Part shown: piece after piece, positions 62,106 through 64,000 of the stretch | Layout: the number at the start of each line of letters is the position of its first letter | Numbering within the stretch: position 1 is the stretch's first letter | NCBI GenBank assembly: GCA_965287045.1 | Contig: OZ336890.1 | Location: forward strand, 40,672,001-40,736,000 | Origin: Carcharhinus amblyrhynchos | Taxonomy: Eukaryota | Direction: 5' to 3' | Length of the DNA stretch: 64,000 nucleotides | Translations under genes and position numbers: made by a program | Notes under the pieces: model-generated | Told to the model about the DNA's origin: nothing | The model's input: only the letters and a program-made list of their open reading frames with translations | Database searches by the model: none

Positions 62106-63436
62106 CCGTATGAATATTCACTTGCTCCTTATCCATTGGCAGAATTTTCTGGCCTTTCCTGCTGGCGAGATCTTCCAGTCTCGCCGATAGCGATACTCGC
62201 ACCCGGTTCCCCGAAGGCAATGGCCATCAAACAGCATCAGCAGGACTGGAGGATCCTACCATCAACCAATGGGGAGCTATCTCCGGGGTGGGGGTGTGGT
62301 GGGAGGGGGATTGGGGGTTGGGGATGGTAAATCATGCCCTATGCCTTTCCTTCTCGGGGCACTGGCCCCTACTGCATCCTGGCACTGCTGGGACCACTCA
62401 GCTGCCAATCAATGAGACCAGCCAGCAGGTCTCGAGGGTAGGGCTTCCTGTCCCTAAGGGGCAGAGGTCCCATTCTCAATTTGTTGAGGTCGCCCTGAGT
62501 GTGTTATCGCCATGGGTCAGCCCTTTTCAAAGTTGACAAGCTGCTGACTGACTTTTCTCTGAATGTTCCTGGTCTCATTATTCCCCAATGTCTAAAAAGG
62601 ATTGTTCACAAATCATCTAGTTCTGAAACTCCGTCAAAAAGGCTCAGAGAATTTCATGCCAAAAATATATTTTTCCTCCAAAACAGAGAGCTCCCTATCA
62701 GACCCGGAAATATTGGCCAGGATTCTCTGACCTCGTCCACGACTGGGATTCTCCAGTCCTGCTGCTGTGAATGGAGATTGGCCAGTGTGCCAAATTCTCC
62801 ATTCTCGCTGACAGCAGTGGCAGTCTGTACAACATTAGAGAATTCTGGCAATCATTCCCAAATCAGTCTCTCACAGAGAGAAGGAGACTTAGCTTGCCAT
62901 ACAGTAAACGTTCCCTCTTTCAGAACCAGGGGTATAGCTGTCATTTTAAAATGCCCATTGATTCAGTGAATAAACGCCAGGATTGATAATGGCCCAGAAC
63001 CTGATGGAAAGGCAGTCACTGTAAGTATAATCTGCTCAAACCCAAAGTCAACACATTCAAAGAAGGGCTGAAATTCTCCGGTCACGGGCGCCACTGCCAG
63101 CGAGAAGGGAGAGTTTGGTGCTCAGCCAAATCTTCATTCACAGCAGCTGGACTGGGGAATTCCAGCCACTATCTTCTGTCATGTGCCACAGTGTTAACAT
63201 AGTGGTTATCCTGGGAGCTCTGTACTGGTGCTGCCATTCAGTGCTGTTTATAAAATGGAGAAAACAGTGGACATTTGCAATGAATATATATCAGACTGTC
63301 TTGTATGTTGGATTAGATTACACAGAACATAGTGTTGCTCCGTTCACTCAAAGAGCAGCAATTAATTGCGCAACATGCAAAGGGAATGTTACCCTCGGAA
63401 ATTACCTTGCAAAGTATTTTATAAAGGGCAGTCTGA

Positions 63437-63793
63437 AAGAATCATACATCACAAAAGAGGCCCTTCGACCCTTTGAGTCTGCACCACCACACTAGAAACA
63501 TCTGAATTCCCACCTAACCCCATCTGACAGCACTTGGCCCATAGCTCTGAATGTTATGATGTGCCAAGTGCTCATGTAGGTACTTTTTAAAGGATGTGAG
63601 GCAACCGGTCTCTACCATCCTCCCTGGCAGCACATTGCAGACCATCACCACCCCTGGGTAAAAAGGTTTTACCCCTCATGCCCCCCTAAATTTCCTGCCC
63701 CGCACCTTGAACCTGTGTCCCCTTGTGACTGACCCTTTGACTGAGGGCAACAGCTGTTCCTTATCCACTCTGTCCATGTCCCTCATAATCTTC
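63437..63793 (-). mobile_element. CR1 LINE 3' end
   Basis: gaggcccttcgaccctttgagtctgcacc tail and accaccccctgggtaaaaagg (FTQRVV region) on the minus strand. Confidence 0.75.
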
Positions 63794-64000
63794 AGAAAAA
63801 GACACTGACAATATATCTGCTGATACAGGAGATATTCTTTGTTTTCCTAGTCCAGCAGCAATCTCAAGTAGCCCCTAACTACAAACCATCCACTCCAGTA
63901 GCCTGTCTGATTCCTAGTAGCTGTCATTAGATAGAGCACAGATTATAATTCTCCCTGGTTCTCCATATAAATCAAAGAGACAAATGACTTGCATTTACTT

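Noticed and set aside
1-64000. CRISPR arrays, operons or other prokaryotic systems
   Set aside because: No regularly spaced repeat-spacer array or gene-dense organisation; the sequence is vertebrate repeat-rich DNA.

Overview
Eukaryotic, repeat-dense, apparently non-coding (intronic or intergenic) vertebrate DNA. The repeat complement points to a cartilaginous fish, most likely a shark (inference). It includes HE1-type V-SINEs sharing a 3' tail with CR1/HER1 LINEs, DeuSINE-like elements, Rex1/Babar, Penelope-type ends and Harbinger remnants. No host protein-coding gene can be supported. All convincing ORFs are retroelement-derived: two young 5'-truncated CR1 RT copies, a decayed Rex1 RT, Gypsy gag/integrase remnants, an RTE fragment and Harbinger Myb/SANT remnants. 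The most unusual signal is a recurring pattern of local copy-paste rearrangements. At about seven sites, 12-300 bp of neighbouring sequence (0-2 kb away) reappears in inverted or direct orientation, and several copies clearly interrupt otherwise colinear repeats. Six fold-back Penelope-like insertions are also notable: most have ~12-bp TSDs, and some carry minimal hammerhead-ribozyme cores with covarying stem II. There is also a multi-layer transposon nest and one candidate 24-nt microexon. Coordinates of decayed repeats are approximate and family names come from recognition by eye, not database searches.
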